Below the pieces are notes generated by a model that worked only from the letters and a program-made list of their open reading frames with translations, was not told the DNA's origin and ran no database searches. From positions 288,001 through 352,000 of the forward strand of contig CAWFJJ010000030.1 of NCBI GenBank assembly GCA_963816185.1: 64,000 bases of DNA. The letters run 5' to 3'. The first letter of the stretch is position 1, and each line of letters opens with the position of its first letter. The DNA is from Thermoanaerobaculia bacterium (GTDB taxonomy: Bacteria > Acidobacteriota > Thermoanaerobaculia > UBA5066). Made by a program: the position numbers and the translations under genes. Below, piece by piece: positions 55,245 to 64,000 of this stretch.

Positions 55245-55946
55245 ATGGGGAGCGGGCATCCGGGCGTTATGATCCTCGCCGTGAAGACCCTCGGTTTCGC
55301 CGGCAAGTGGTTCCTGGGACTCGGGATGGCTGTGATTTGCTGGGCCGCCTTCCTCTGGGCCCGTCCCGCCCAGAACTTCGTCGGCGAGTCCTCGAGGATC
55401 GTCTTCTTCCACGTGCCGATGGCGTGGGTATCCACGCTCGCTTTCTTCCTCGCCGCCTGGCATTCGGCCGTCTATCTGAAGAACCGCCGGATCGAGAACG
55501 ACGACGCCGCGGCCGGCGCGGCGCGGCTCGGTTTCGTGTTCTGCGTTCTGGCCACGGTCACCGGCTCGATCTTCGCCCGCGTGATGTGGAACTCGTACTG
55601 GAACTGGGACCCCCGCGAGACGTCCATCGTGCTCCTGCTCCTCGTGTACGGCGCGTATCTCGGCCTGAGAGGCGCGCTCGAGGACCCCGAACGTCGCGCG
55701 ACGCTCTCGGCGGCGTACGCGCTCGTGGCGGTCGTGACCGTTCCTTTCCTGACTTTCGCCGTCCCCCGCATGTACCAGTCGCTGCATCCCGACACCGTCC
55801 TCAACGCGCGAGGAAAGGTCGAAATGTCCGCGGACATCCAAACCGTTTTCTTCTCCTCCATGGTGGCTTTCATGATCTTGTTCTTCTGGATGTGGAATCT
55901 CGACCGGCGGGTGTCCCGTATCGTCCGCGAGAGGGCGACGGCGTGA
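55245..55946 (+). CDS. ccmC: Heme exporter / cytochrome c biogenesis protein CcmC
   Basis: FFHVPMAW, WNSYWNWDPRET (WWD motif), SLHP; start may be 55269 or 55281. Confidence 0.9.
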   Translation: MGSGHPGVMILAVKTLGFAGKWFLGLGMAVICWAAFLWARPAQNFVGESSRIVFFHVPMAWVSTLAFFLAAWHSAVYLKNRRIENDDAAAGAARLGFVFCVLATVTGSIFARVMWNSYWNWDPRETSIVLLLLVYGAYLGLRGALEDPERRATLSAAYALVAVVTVPFLTFAVPRMYQSLHPDTVLNARGKVEMSADIQTVFFSSMVAFMILFFWMWNLDRRVSRIVRERATA

Positions 55947-56071
55947 GCGGGGCTCTCGGGTACGTCGCGGCGGTCAACATCGTGATCTGGGCCGGAATCT
56001 TCGGCTACCTCGTCTATCTCGACCGGAAGGTCCGGGCCGCCTCGGGGCCCGGGCAGGAGAAACCCCGATGA
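55943..56071 (+). CDS. ccmD: CcmD-like small membrane protein (42 aa)
   Basis: MSGALGYVAAVNIVIWAGIFGYLVYLDRKV..., overlapping the ccmC stop and the ccmE start. Confidence 0.75.
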   Translation: MSGALGYVAAVNIVIWAGIFGYLVYLDRKVRAASGPGQEKPR

Positions 56072-56466
56072 AACGTGCTTACTGGGCCGGCGCCCTCCTC
56101 GTCGTCGGCTTTCTCGCCCTCGGTCTGTCCACGTTCACGCGCTCGATGACGCCTTACGTCTCCTTCGCCGAGGCGAAGGCCGCGCCGCGCACGGTCCAGG
56201 TGATGGGCGCCCTCGAAAAGGGCACGTCGCGTTACGACACAGCCTCGAAAACGCTCTATTTCACGCTCCTCGACCCGAAATCGCACGAGTCGATTCCCGT
56301 CTCCTACACGGACGTGAAGCCCGCGAATTTCGAGGACGCCGTGTCCATCGTGGCGATCGGCCGGTACGAGGGCGGCGTCTTCGCCGCAGAGAAGCTTCTC
56401 GTCAAGTGCCCGTCCAAGTACCAGGGCGAGGAAATCGAAAAACAGTACGGCGCCAAAAAGGCCTGA
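56068..56466 (+). CDS. ccmE: Heme chaperone CcmE, CxxxY variant
   Basis: TM anchor, KPANFE, LLVKCPSKY. Confidence 0.9.
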   Translation: MKRAYWAGALLVVGFLALGLSTFTRSMTPYVSFAEAKAAPRTVQVMGALEKGTSRYDTASKTLYFTLLDPKSHESIPVSYTDVKPANFEDAVSIVAIGRYEGGVFAAEKLLVKCPSKYQGEEIEKQYGAKKA

Positions 56467-56475
56467 GGACACCCC

Positions 56476-58929
56476 ATGAACAATCTCCCCGGAATTCTCG
56501 GCTTCGCGCCGGGCACGCTCGCGATTTGGGCGGCCATGCTCTTCGGCGTCACGTGCATGCTCGCCTACCTGCGTTCGATGCGCAGCACGGGATTCGCAGC
56601 CGGGGATTTTCTTAGAAAGGGTAAGAGGGGCTCCCGTGCGGTCGCAGCAACGGCCGATCCGGGCGACCTATTACCATTCGAAGAAAATTCTCTTTCTCCT
56701 AATCTCTTCTTCGCCCGGCGCCTGTATTACGCCTACGTCTTCTCGGTCCTTCTCGCGTCGTTCCTCCTTCTGACGCGGCTCCTCTCGCACGACTTCCGCA
56801 TCTCATACGTGGCGTCGTACTCGGGGCGCGACCTGCCGTTCTATTACCTCTTCTCGACGTTCTGGGCAGGGCAGGAGGGCTCGTTCCTGCTCTGGCTCTT
56901 CTGGGGCGCGCTCATCGGGCTGTTCGTTCTGAGGTCCGCGAAGGAGCAGGAAGCTCCCGTGATGGTGATCTACGTCGCGTCGTTCCTCGGAATCGTCGCG
57001 ATCCTCGTCAAGCAGTCGCCGTTCCGGTTCCTCGCGCAGATCCCGCCGGACGGCCAGGGCCTGAACCCGCTCCTGCAGGACCCGTGGATGGTCATCCACC
57101 CGCCGGTCATGTTCTCTGGGTTCGCGTCCCTCTCGGTGCCGTTCGCGTTCGCGATCGGCGCGCTCTGGATGAAGCGCTGGGACGGCTGGGTCGTCCGCGC
57201 CATGCCGTGGGCGCTCTTCACGTTCGTCACGCTCGGCACCGCGATCCTGATGGGCGGGTATTGGGCCTACAAGACGCTCGGCTGGGGCGGCTACTGGGGC
57301 TGGGATCCGGTCGAGAACACGTCCCTCGTGCCATGGCTCGCGACGGTCGCGCTCGTGCACGGAATGTTCCTCCAGAAGATGCGCGCCAAGCACCGCAAGA
57401 TCAACATCATTCTCGCGATCCTCGCTTTCTGCTGCATCCTGTACGGCACGTTCCTGACTCGCTCCGGAGTTCTCGCGGACTTCTCCGTTCACTCCTTCAT
57501 CGATCTCGGGATCACCGGGTGGCTCGTCGGGATCATCGTCGTCTTCCTCGTCGGCGGCCTCGCCCTCCTCGCATGGCGCTGGAAGGAGATCCCGGTCGTC
57601 TCCGACCTGGACGCGACGACCGGCAAAGAGAAGGAAGAGCCGTTCCTGTCACGGTCGGTCCTCTTCATCCTCTCCGTGACGCTCTTCTGCGCCTCGGGCC
57701 TCGTCATCCTCCTCGGGACCTCGGCTCCGATCCTGACGCGTGTCCTGGGCAAGCCCTCGCAGGTCGCGACGAGCTTCTACAACGTCACGCACCGGCCGAT
57801 CGCGGGTCTCATGGCCCTGCTTCTCCTTCTCGTGCCGTACCTGTCATGGCGCGGCGAGAACGGAAAGGGCGTCCTGAGAAAGGCCCTCGTCCCGGGCGCC
57901 GTGGGACTCCTCAGCGTCGGAGTCTTCTTCTCGGCGGGCGTGCGCGGGGCGGGCGACCTCCTGATCCTCGCTCTCGCGGTGGCCGGGTTCGTCGCGAACG
58001 CCGAGACCGCGGTCCTCTTCGTGAGGCGCAGGGCCGTCAAGACCATGGGCGGATATCTCGCGCACATCGGCATGTCGATCATGCTCGTGGGCATCCTCAT
58101 CTCGGGCGTCTACGAGAAGAAGACGACGGTGAACCTCTTCAAGAACCAGCCGGTCACCGTCGGGAGCAACACCTTCACGTTCACGCGCACCGTCTTCGTC
58201 ACGGACAGCGGCGAGGTGAAGCGTTTCGAGGAGCTCAACGCGGCCGACCCCTCCGACCGCCGCGCCAAACAGGCGATGGAGGTCGAGGTTTCGTCGCCCG
58301 GGCGCAGCGTCTGGAAGGCCTATCCGAAGCTCTACACGAACACGCGCACGAACCAGATGATGGCGAACCCCGACGTGAAGTCGTCGCCGCTCATGGACCT
58401 CTACGTCTCCCCGCAGGCTTACGACCCGGGGCGATCCGCGCACATCGAGGGCACGACGCTCGCCCTGAGGAAGGGCGAGTCGAAGACCGTCGACGGCGTC
58501 AAGGTGAAGTTCCTCGACTTTTCCGCCGACCGCTCGCAGGTGTCGTCGGACCGGCCGCGAGTCACCGTGACGGGCAATTTCCTCGTGACGACCGCCGAAG
58601 CCTCCGAGGAGAAGACCGCCCGGCTCGTCATGTACTTCGGCGGAGCGTCGGCGGAGTCCGCGACGGAGTCACCGGAGACGCCTCTTCCCGGAAAAGGCCG
58701 CTTGAAGATTCTCAAGGTGTCGCCGAACGAAGGCACATGCGAGATCGAGCTCCTCGGTGTCGCTCCGGGCGGAGACCTCAAGCCGGCGACGGCCGAGACC
58801 TTGTCCGTCGACCTCACGACGAAGCCGCTGATCTCCCTCGTGTGGGGAGGCTTCTACGTGATGATGGCGGGCGGCCTCCTGGCGCTCGTGCGCCGCGCCC
58901 GCGATTCGCGCCAGGCGGCGATCGCCTAG
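56476..58929 (+). CDS. ccmF: Cytochrome c heme lyase CcmF
   Basis: WAGQEGSFLLW, GLNPLLQDPWMVIHPP, WGGYWGWDPVEN, SVHSF, YLAHIG, KPLISLVWGG. Confidence 0.93.
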   Translation: MNNLPGILGFAPGTLAIWAAMLFGVTCMLAYLRSMRSTGFAAGDFLRKGKRGSRAVAATADPGDLLPFEENSLSPNLFFARRLYYAYVFSVLLASFLLLTRLLSHDFRISYVASYSGRDLPFYYLFSTFWAGQEGSFLLWLFWGALIGLFVLRSAKEQEAPVMVIYVASFLGIVAILVKQSPFRFLAQIPPDGQGLNPLLQDPWMVIHPPVMFSGFASLSVPFAFAIGALWMKRWDGWVVRAMPWALFTFVTLGTAILMGGYWAYKTLGWGGYWGWDPVENTSLVPWLATVALVHGMFLQKMRAKHRKINIILAILAFCCILYGTFLTRSGVLADFSVHSFIDLGITGWLVGIIVVFLVGGLALLAWRWKEIPVVSDLDATTGKEKEEPFLSRSVLFILSVTLFCASGLVILLGTSAPILTRVLGKPSQVATSFYNVTHRPIAGLMALLLLLVPYLSWRGENGKGVLRKALVPGAVGLLSVGVFFSAGVRGAGDLLILALAVAGFVANAETAVLFVRRRAVKTMGGYLAHIGMSIMLVGILISGVYEKKTTVNLFKNQPVTVGSNTFTFTRTVFVTDSGEVKRFEELNAADPSDRRAKQAMEVEVSSPGRSVWKAYPKLYTNTRTNQMMANPDVKSSPLMDLYVSPQAYDPGRSAHIEGTTLALRKGESKTVDGVKVKFLDFSADRSQVSSDRPRVTVTGNFLVTTAEASEEKTARLVMYFGGASAESATESPETPLPGKGRLKILKVSPNEGTCEIELLGVAPGGDLKPATAETLSVDLTTKPLISLVWGGFYVMMAGGLLALVRRARDSRQAAIA

Positions 58930-58952
58930 ACTCTCCCTCTCGAGGAGAACCC

Positions 58953-61001
58953 ATGAAATCAGTCTCGTCCGCTCTCGCTGTCTTCGCGTTGGCTGCCCTC
59001 GCCGTCCCGCTCGCCGCCCTCGCCCAGCCCGCCGCGCCCGCGAAGCCGAAGGCGCTCGATCCCGCGAACTTCGACACGTCCGTCAAGCCGTGCGAGGACT
59101 TCTACGAGTATGCGAACGGCGCGTGGCTGAAGACTCATCCCATCCCCGCCGACCGCGCGCGCTACGGATCCTTCGACGAGGTCTCGGACCGCAACCGCGA
59201 GGTCCTCAGGAAGATCCTCGAGGAGACCTCGGCGAAGAACGACTGGCCGAAGGGATCGAACGAGCAGAAAGTCGGCGACTTCTACGCCGCCGGGATGGAC
59301 GAGGCCGCGATCGAGAAGGCGGGGACGAAGCCTCTCGCGCCGTTTTTCGCCGCGATCGACAAGCTGAAGGCTCCGGGCGACCTTCCCGCGGTGCTCGCGG
59401 AGCTCCATACCCGGGGCCTCGAGGCCGGATTCAACTTCCGCGTCGCCCAGGACGCCCGGAAGAGCACGCGGTACATCGGCATCCTGAACCAGGGTGGCCT
59501 CGGCCTTCCCGACCGCGACTACTACACGAAGGACGATGCGAAGTCGAAAGGCCTCCGCGAAGCCTACCGGAAGCACGTCGCGAAGATGTTCGAGCTCTCC
59601 GGAGACTCTCCCGAGAAGGCGAAAGAGTCCGCGGACGTCGTGATGGCGCTCGAGACGAAGCTCGCGGAGCCCGCGCTCACGCGCGTCGAGAACCGCGATC
59701 CGCAGAGGACCTACAACAAGAGGACGCTCGCCACGCTCGTCTCCGAGGCGCCGGGCTTCGACTTCCCGCGCTTTTTCACCGACCTCGGCGCGTCCTCCGC
59801 CACCGAGGTGAACGTCAGGCAGCCGCGCTTCTTCGTCGCGTTCGGCGAGCTTGCGCGCACGGTTCCCGCCCAGACGTGGCGGACGTACCTGAGATGGCAC
59901 GTTCTCCGGCAATCCGCGCCTTATCTTGCGAAAGCCTTCGAGGAGGAAGCCTTCGCGTTCAGCGGGAAGACCCTGATGGGCGTTCCGGAGCAGGAGCCGC
60001 GCTGGAGGCGAGTCCAGGCCGCGACGGACCAGGCTCTGGGCGAGGCCCTGGGGCCTCTCTACGTGGCACGCGCCTTCACCCCGCGCGCGAAAGAACGGAT
60101 GCGCGTCCTCGTCGAGAACCTGCGCGCCGCGCTCATGGAGCGGATCGATGCCCTGCCGTGGATGAGCGCCGAGACGAAGAAGCAGGCCCAGCGAAAGCTC
60201 GCCGCCTTCAACGTGAAGATCGGGTATCCCGACAAATGGCGAGACTACTCGTCCCTCCCGATTTCACGCGCGTCGTATCTCGAGAACGTGTGGAACGCCC
60301 GCACCTTCGAGACGAGGCGCAACCTCGCGAAGCTCGGCAAGCCCATCGACCGGACGGAGTGGGGCATGACGCCCCCGACGGTGAACGCCTACTACAACTC
60401 CACGATGAACGAGATCGTCTTCCCAGCGGGGATTCTCCAGCCTCCTTTCTTCTCCGAGGACGCCGACGACGCCGTGAACTACGGCGGGATCGGCGTCGTC
60501 ATCGGCCACGAGATGTCCCACGGCTTCGACGACTCCGGCAGCCAGTACGACGCGGACGGGAACCTCAAGAACTGGTGGACGCCCGCCGACCGGAAGGCTT
60601 ACGACGCCCGCACGGCTCTCGTCGTGAAGCAGTTCGACTCCTACAAGCCGCTCCCCGACCAGGCCATCAACGGCAAGCTCACGCTCGGAGAGAACATCGG
60701 CGACCTTGGCGGCATCAAGATCGCCTACGCGGCGCTCCAGAAGGCGCTCGCAGGGAAGCCGCACACCGCGATCGACGGTTTCACGCCGGAGCAGCGCTTC
60801 TTCCTCTCGTTCGCGACGATCTGGCGAAACCACTCGCGAGACGAGGCCCTTCGTGTCCAGCTCAACACGAACCCGCACAGTCCCGGCAAGTGGCGCGCCA
60901 TAGGCCCCACCTCGAACCTGCCGGAGTTCTACGACGCGTTCGGCTGTGCGGAGGGGGCTCCCATGCGCCGCGCGGAGGCCGAACGGCCGAGCATCTGGTG
61001 A
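58953..61001 (+). CDS. M13 family metallopeptidase (neprilysin/ECE-like), exported
   Basis: GAGGAG RBS, signal peptide, PCEDFYEYANG, VNAYY, GHEMSHGFD, GENIGDLGG. Confidence 0.93.
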   Translation: MKSVSSALAVFALAALAVPLAALAQPAAPAKPKALDPANFDTSVKPCEDFYEYANGAWLKTHPIPADRARYGSFDEVSDRNREVLRKILEETSAKNDWPKGSNEQKVGDFYAAGMDEAAIEKAGTKPLAPFFAAIDKLKAPGDLPAVLAELHTRGLEAGFNFRVAQDARKSTRYIGILNQGGLGLPDRDYYTKDDAKSKGLREAYRKHVAKMFELSGDSPEKAKESADVVMALETKLAEPALTRVENRDPQRTYNKRTLATLVSEAPGFDFPRFFTDLGASSATEVNVRQPRFFVAFGELARTVPAQTWRTYLRWHVLRQSAPYLAKAFEEEAFAFSGKTLMGVPEQEPRWRRVQAATDQALGEALGPLYVARAFTPRAKERMRVLVENLRAALMERIDALPWMSAETKKQAQRKLAAFNVKIGYPDKWRDYSSLPISRASYLENVWNARTFETRRNLAKLGKPIDRTEWGMTPPTVNAYYNSTMNEIVFPAGILQPPFFSEDADDAVNYGGIGVVIGHEMSHGFDDSGSQYDADGNLKNWWTPADRKAYDARTALVVKQFDSYKPLPDQAINGKLTLGENIGDLGGIKIAYAALQKALAGKPHTAIDGFTPEQRFFLSFATIWRNHSRDEALRVQLNTNPHSPGKWRAIGPTSNLPEFYDAFGCAEGAPMRRAEAERPSIW

Positions 61002-61047
61002 CGCCGGTCGGCACGCCGGCGCTCATGAGTCCACGCGGCGGTCCGTG

Positions 61048-61500
61048 ATGCGCCGCGTCGCTCTCATCCTCTTCCTCGTCCTCCTCACCGCCTCCGCCTG
61101 TCACCGTGCGCCGCGGGATCCGGTGATGGCATGCCTGACGAGCGCCATCGCGAGCCGCCGAGTCGCGCGACGCCGACGGCGTCATGAGCCGCTGTGGCGG
61201 AAGGCTTCCGCGATGCCGAGGGCGGCGGCAAGGCGGACGCGGCCGCGCTCGTGCGTCGGACGCCTCGCCGCCTACGAGTCGCTCTCGCTCACGCTCTCGG
61301 GCGTCGCGATCGAGCGCGGCCCGGCCGCGGCGCAGGCGAAGTTCAAGGTGCGAATGTCGGGCAGGCCGCGGGCCGTGGGCGGGCTCGAAGGGCTCCTCCC
61401 CCGCTCGTCGAACTGGAGCTTCGACGTGCGCCTCGAGGCGGGAACGGGTGGATGGAAGATCACGTGGGCCTCCTGGACGCGCCTCGAGGACGGGGACTGA
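61048..61500 (+). CDS. Small lipoprotein, possibly NTF2-like (internal frameshifts likely)
   Basis: MRRVALILFLVLLTASAC lipobox; C-terminal FDVRLE..GGWKITWASW. Confidence 0.55.
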   Translation: MRRVALILFLVLLTASACHRAPRDPVMACLTSAIASRRVARRRRRHEPLWRKASAMPRAAARRTRPRSCVGRLAAYESLSLTLSGVAIERGPAAAQAKFKVRMSGRPRAVGGLEGLLPRSSNWSFDVRLEAGTGGWKITWASWTRLEDGD

Positions 61501-61529
61501 TGCCTCCCGCGGTTCGGCCCCTTCCAGAG

Positions 61530-63420
61530 TCACCACCCGATCCCGTAGTCCTCCCCGTGGTCGCTCGACCCGCCCCACATCGTGCCGTGCTCGCGGTCGA
61601 GGTAGATCGCGTTGATGGGGCCGGACGTCTTCGCGTGCGGCTCGAGCTTGTAGCCCATCTTCACGAGCTCGCCGCGCACCCAGGCGGGAAGCGAGGCAGG
61701 AATCATCATGGCGCCCGGGCGCGACTCGTGGGCGCCGAAGGAGCTCCTCATCTGGTAGCTGTTGATGTTTGCGGCCTCGGTGGCTTCCTGGACCGTCATC
61801 CCGAACTCCACGACGTTCAGGAAGAACTGGAGGAGGTTCTGGTCCTGCGAATCGCCGCCCTGGACCGAGAAGACAGAGATACGGCTTGCCGTCCTTGAGC
61901 GCGAGCGTCGGCGTGAGCGTGACGCGCGGGTGCTTGCCGGGCTCGAGCACGTTGAACGGGTTTTCCGCGGGGTCGAGGACGAAGCTCTGCATGCGCTGGC
62001 TCATGCCGATGCCGGTCTTCCCCGCGATGACCGCCGGGAGCCAGCCGCCCGACGGCGTGACGGAGACGACCCATCCCTCCGCGTCCGCCGCCTCGACCGA
62101 CGTCGTGCCGGCGTAGAAGGACTCGAAGAAGGAGATTCTTCGAAAGTGATGCGGCGCGCGCGAGCGCGACGGGCGCGTCGGCGGTGCCTGCGGCCGCGCG
62201 GCTTCGGCCGTCGTCCACCTTTCGAAGAAATCCGAAACGGGTTCTTTTCGCCCTGAAACGGATAGGGGTCCCCGGGCTTCACGTTCGGATCGTTCTTCGC
62301 CCAGTCGATCGCCGCCGCGCGCTGCTTCGCGTATTCCTTCGAGAGAAGTCCCTTCGTCGGCTCGGCGGGCGGGAAGTACGGGTCGCCGTAGTAGAAGTCG
62401 CGGTCCGCGAACGCGAGGTTCATCGCCTGGTAGAGCGCGTGGATGTAGCGCGCGCTGTTGTAGCCCATCGCCTTGAGGTCGATGCCCTCGAGGATGTTCA
62501 GGGCCTGGAGCATCGCGGGCCCCTGCGTCCAGACGTCGAGCTTGTAGACGTCGATGCCCTTGTACGTCGTCTTCACCGGCTCCTCGATGCGGACCTTCCA
62601 GTTCGCGAGGTCCTCGAGCGTGTGGAGGCCGCCGACCTCGCGCGAGCCGCGCACGAACTCCTGCGCGATGTCGCCCTTGTAGAAGCGGTCGTACGCCGCG
62701 AGGATCGCGTCCTTCCGGCTCTTCCCCGAGGCGAGCGCCTGCTTCTCCGCCTCGACGAGCTTGCGGAGCGTCGCGGCGAGATCCGGCTGCCGGAAGATCT
62801 CGCCCGCCTGCGGCGGCTGGTCGCCCGGACGCGGCAGGAGGACGCGCCTCGACTCGGGCCACTTCAGGAGCCAGTCGCGCTGCCTCTGCGCGGTCGAGAC
62901 GTGCTGCTGCTCGACCGGGTAGCCGTCCGCCATGTCGATCGCGGGCGCGAGGACGTCGGCGAGCGAGAGCGTTCCGTACTCGGCGAGCATCACCATGATT
63001 CCGCCCGGCGTTCCGGGCGTCACCGCGGCGAGCGGGCCGTACTCGGGCGGATACGCCATGCCCTTCGACCGGAAGAACTCCGGCGTCGCTCCGGTCGGCG
63101 CGACGCCGAGCGCGTTGATGCCGACGACCTTCCCGGTCTTCGGGTTGTAGATCGAGCGCCTGCGTCTCGCCGCCCCAGGACAGCGTGTCCCACATCGTGC
63201 AGGTGGCGGCGATCATCGCGGCCGCCGCGTCCACGGCGTTGCCGCCTTTCTGGAAGATCATCGCGCCCGCGGTCGCCGCGAGCGGCTTGCCGGTGATCGC
63301 GAGCCACTTCTTCGCGTGAAGAGGCGGCTTGTTCGTGGCCGCCCGGGAAAGCAGCCCGAGAGCGCCCGAGAGGGCGACAACGGCGAAACCGACTCGCAGA
63401 AACCGGCCGAACGCTGTCAT
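61530..63420 (-). CDS. Gamma-glutamyltransferase family protein (several frameshifts)
   Basis: GGNAVDAA, TPGTP, QPDLAATL, NLAFADRDFYYGDP, nucleophile GTTSVEAAD, PGKHPRVTLTP. Confidence 0.87.
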
Positions 63421-63525
63421 CGAAGCCTCCTCGCCGTTCGCGAGGAGATTATGGGAATGAGAATCAGAGACCGAAGAAAAATCTGCTCAGAAAACAAATC
63501 GGGCTGGCCGCCAACCCGAAGCTCA

Positions 63526-63999
63526 TTAGTGATGCACCTCCGCATGCTCCACGCGCGGCGCGACGGCGGACGCGGAGCCTGTCGGCTGCGAGACTTCCTT
63601 GACGACCTCTCCCGCTTTGTCGGCGATGCGGCGCGCGATGTCCGCCTGCGAGACGATCCCACAGCAGAATCCGTCCTGATCCACGACCACGAGGCGGCGG
63701 ACCCGGTTCTCCTCCATCGTTGTGCAGGCGACGTCCAGCCGGGTTCCCGGCGTGACCGTCACGCACGGGCTCGACATGCAATCGCCCGCGGTCATCTCGC
63801 GAGGGTCCTTCCCGGCGGCGAACACGCGGCAGACGATGTCGCGATCGGTGAGGATCCCGACCGGCTTCTTCGAGTTTTCGCTCTTCAGGACGGGAATCGC
63901 GCCACAGTCGTGATTGACGAGCATCTTCGCGATCTCTTCGAGGGTCGTCTCGGGAGTGGCGGTCACGACGTGTTCGGTCATGATGTCCTTGGTCTTCAT
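63526..63999 (-). CDS. CBS-domain pair protein
   Basis: DCGAIPV, GILTDRDIV, VRRLVVV, GIVSQADIA. Confidence 0.88.
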   Translation of the reverse strand: MKTKDIMTEHVVTATPETTLEEIAKMLVNHDCGAIPVLKSENSKKPVGILTDRDIVCRVFAAGKDPREMTAGDCMSSPCVTVTPGTRLDVACTTMEENRVRRLVVVDQDGFCCGIVSQADIARRIADKAGEVVKEVSQPTGSASAVAPRVEHAEVHH

Positions 64000-64000
64000 G

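Noticed and set aside
57084-58952. N-terminal extension of the M13 peptidase ORF
   Set aside because: Alternate frame of ccmF; the RBS and signal peptide are at 58953.

Overview
High-GC (roughly 68% by eye) bacterial chromosomal window. It is probably from Acidobacteriota (Thermoanaerobaculia-like); this is inferred from the '[22 protein letters not shown]' kinase/beta-propeller family and the gene content. Single-base frameshifts break many conserved genes (mdtA/B/C, metG, radC, a leuB-like gene, ggt), which suggests an unpolished long-read assembly. The left and middle of the window hold an Omp85-family gene, two tandem transglutaminase-like/TPR lipoproteins, an MdtABC-OMF efflux operon, a metG-LOG-tatD-zincin block, three Ser/Thr kinases and an FHA regulator, an lhgO-radC-cobB block, a MacA/MacB-type set and metabolic genes. 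The highlight is 45156-58929. Here a cytochrome c maturation operon (ccmAB...ccmCDEF, CxxxY-type CcmE) is split by a candidate trans-envelope electron conduit. It comprises a membrane-anchored FAD/NAD(P)H/2Fe-2S reductase, a putative di-heme b membrane protein behind a sigma54-like promoter, a ~1677-aa cytochrome with 66 CxxCH motifs (22 triheme modules, five near-identical hexaheme DNA repeats) and a translationally coupled outer-membrane beta-barrel. Smaller signals are a diverged duplicate of the lhgO 3' end bracketing a 4.4-kb signalling block, an in-frame palindromic element in the leuB-like gene, and a recurrent AT-rich TTC-N3-GAA motif in inverted pairs inside coding sequences. I saw no rRNA, tRNA, CRISPR array, transposase or integrase.
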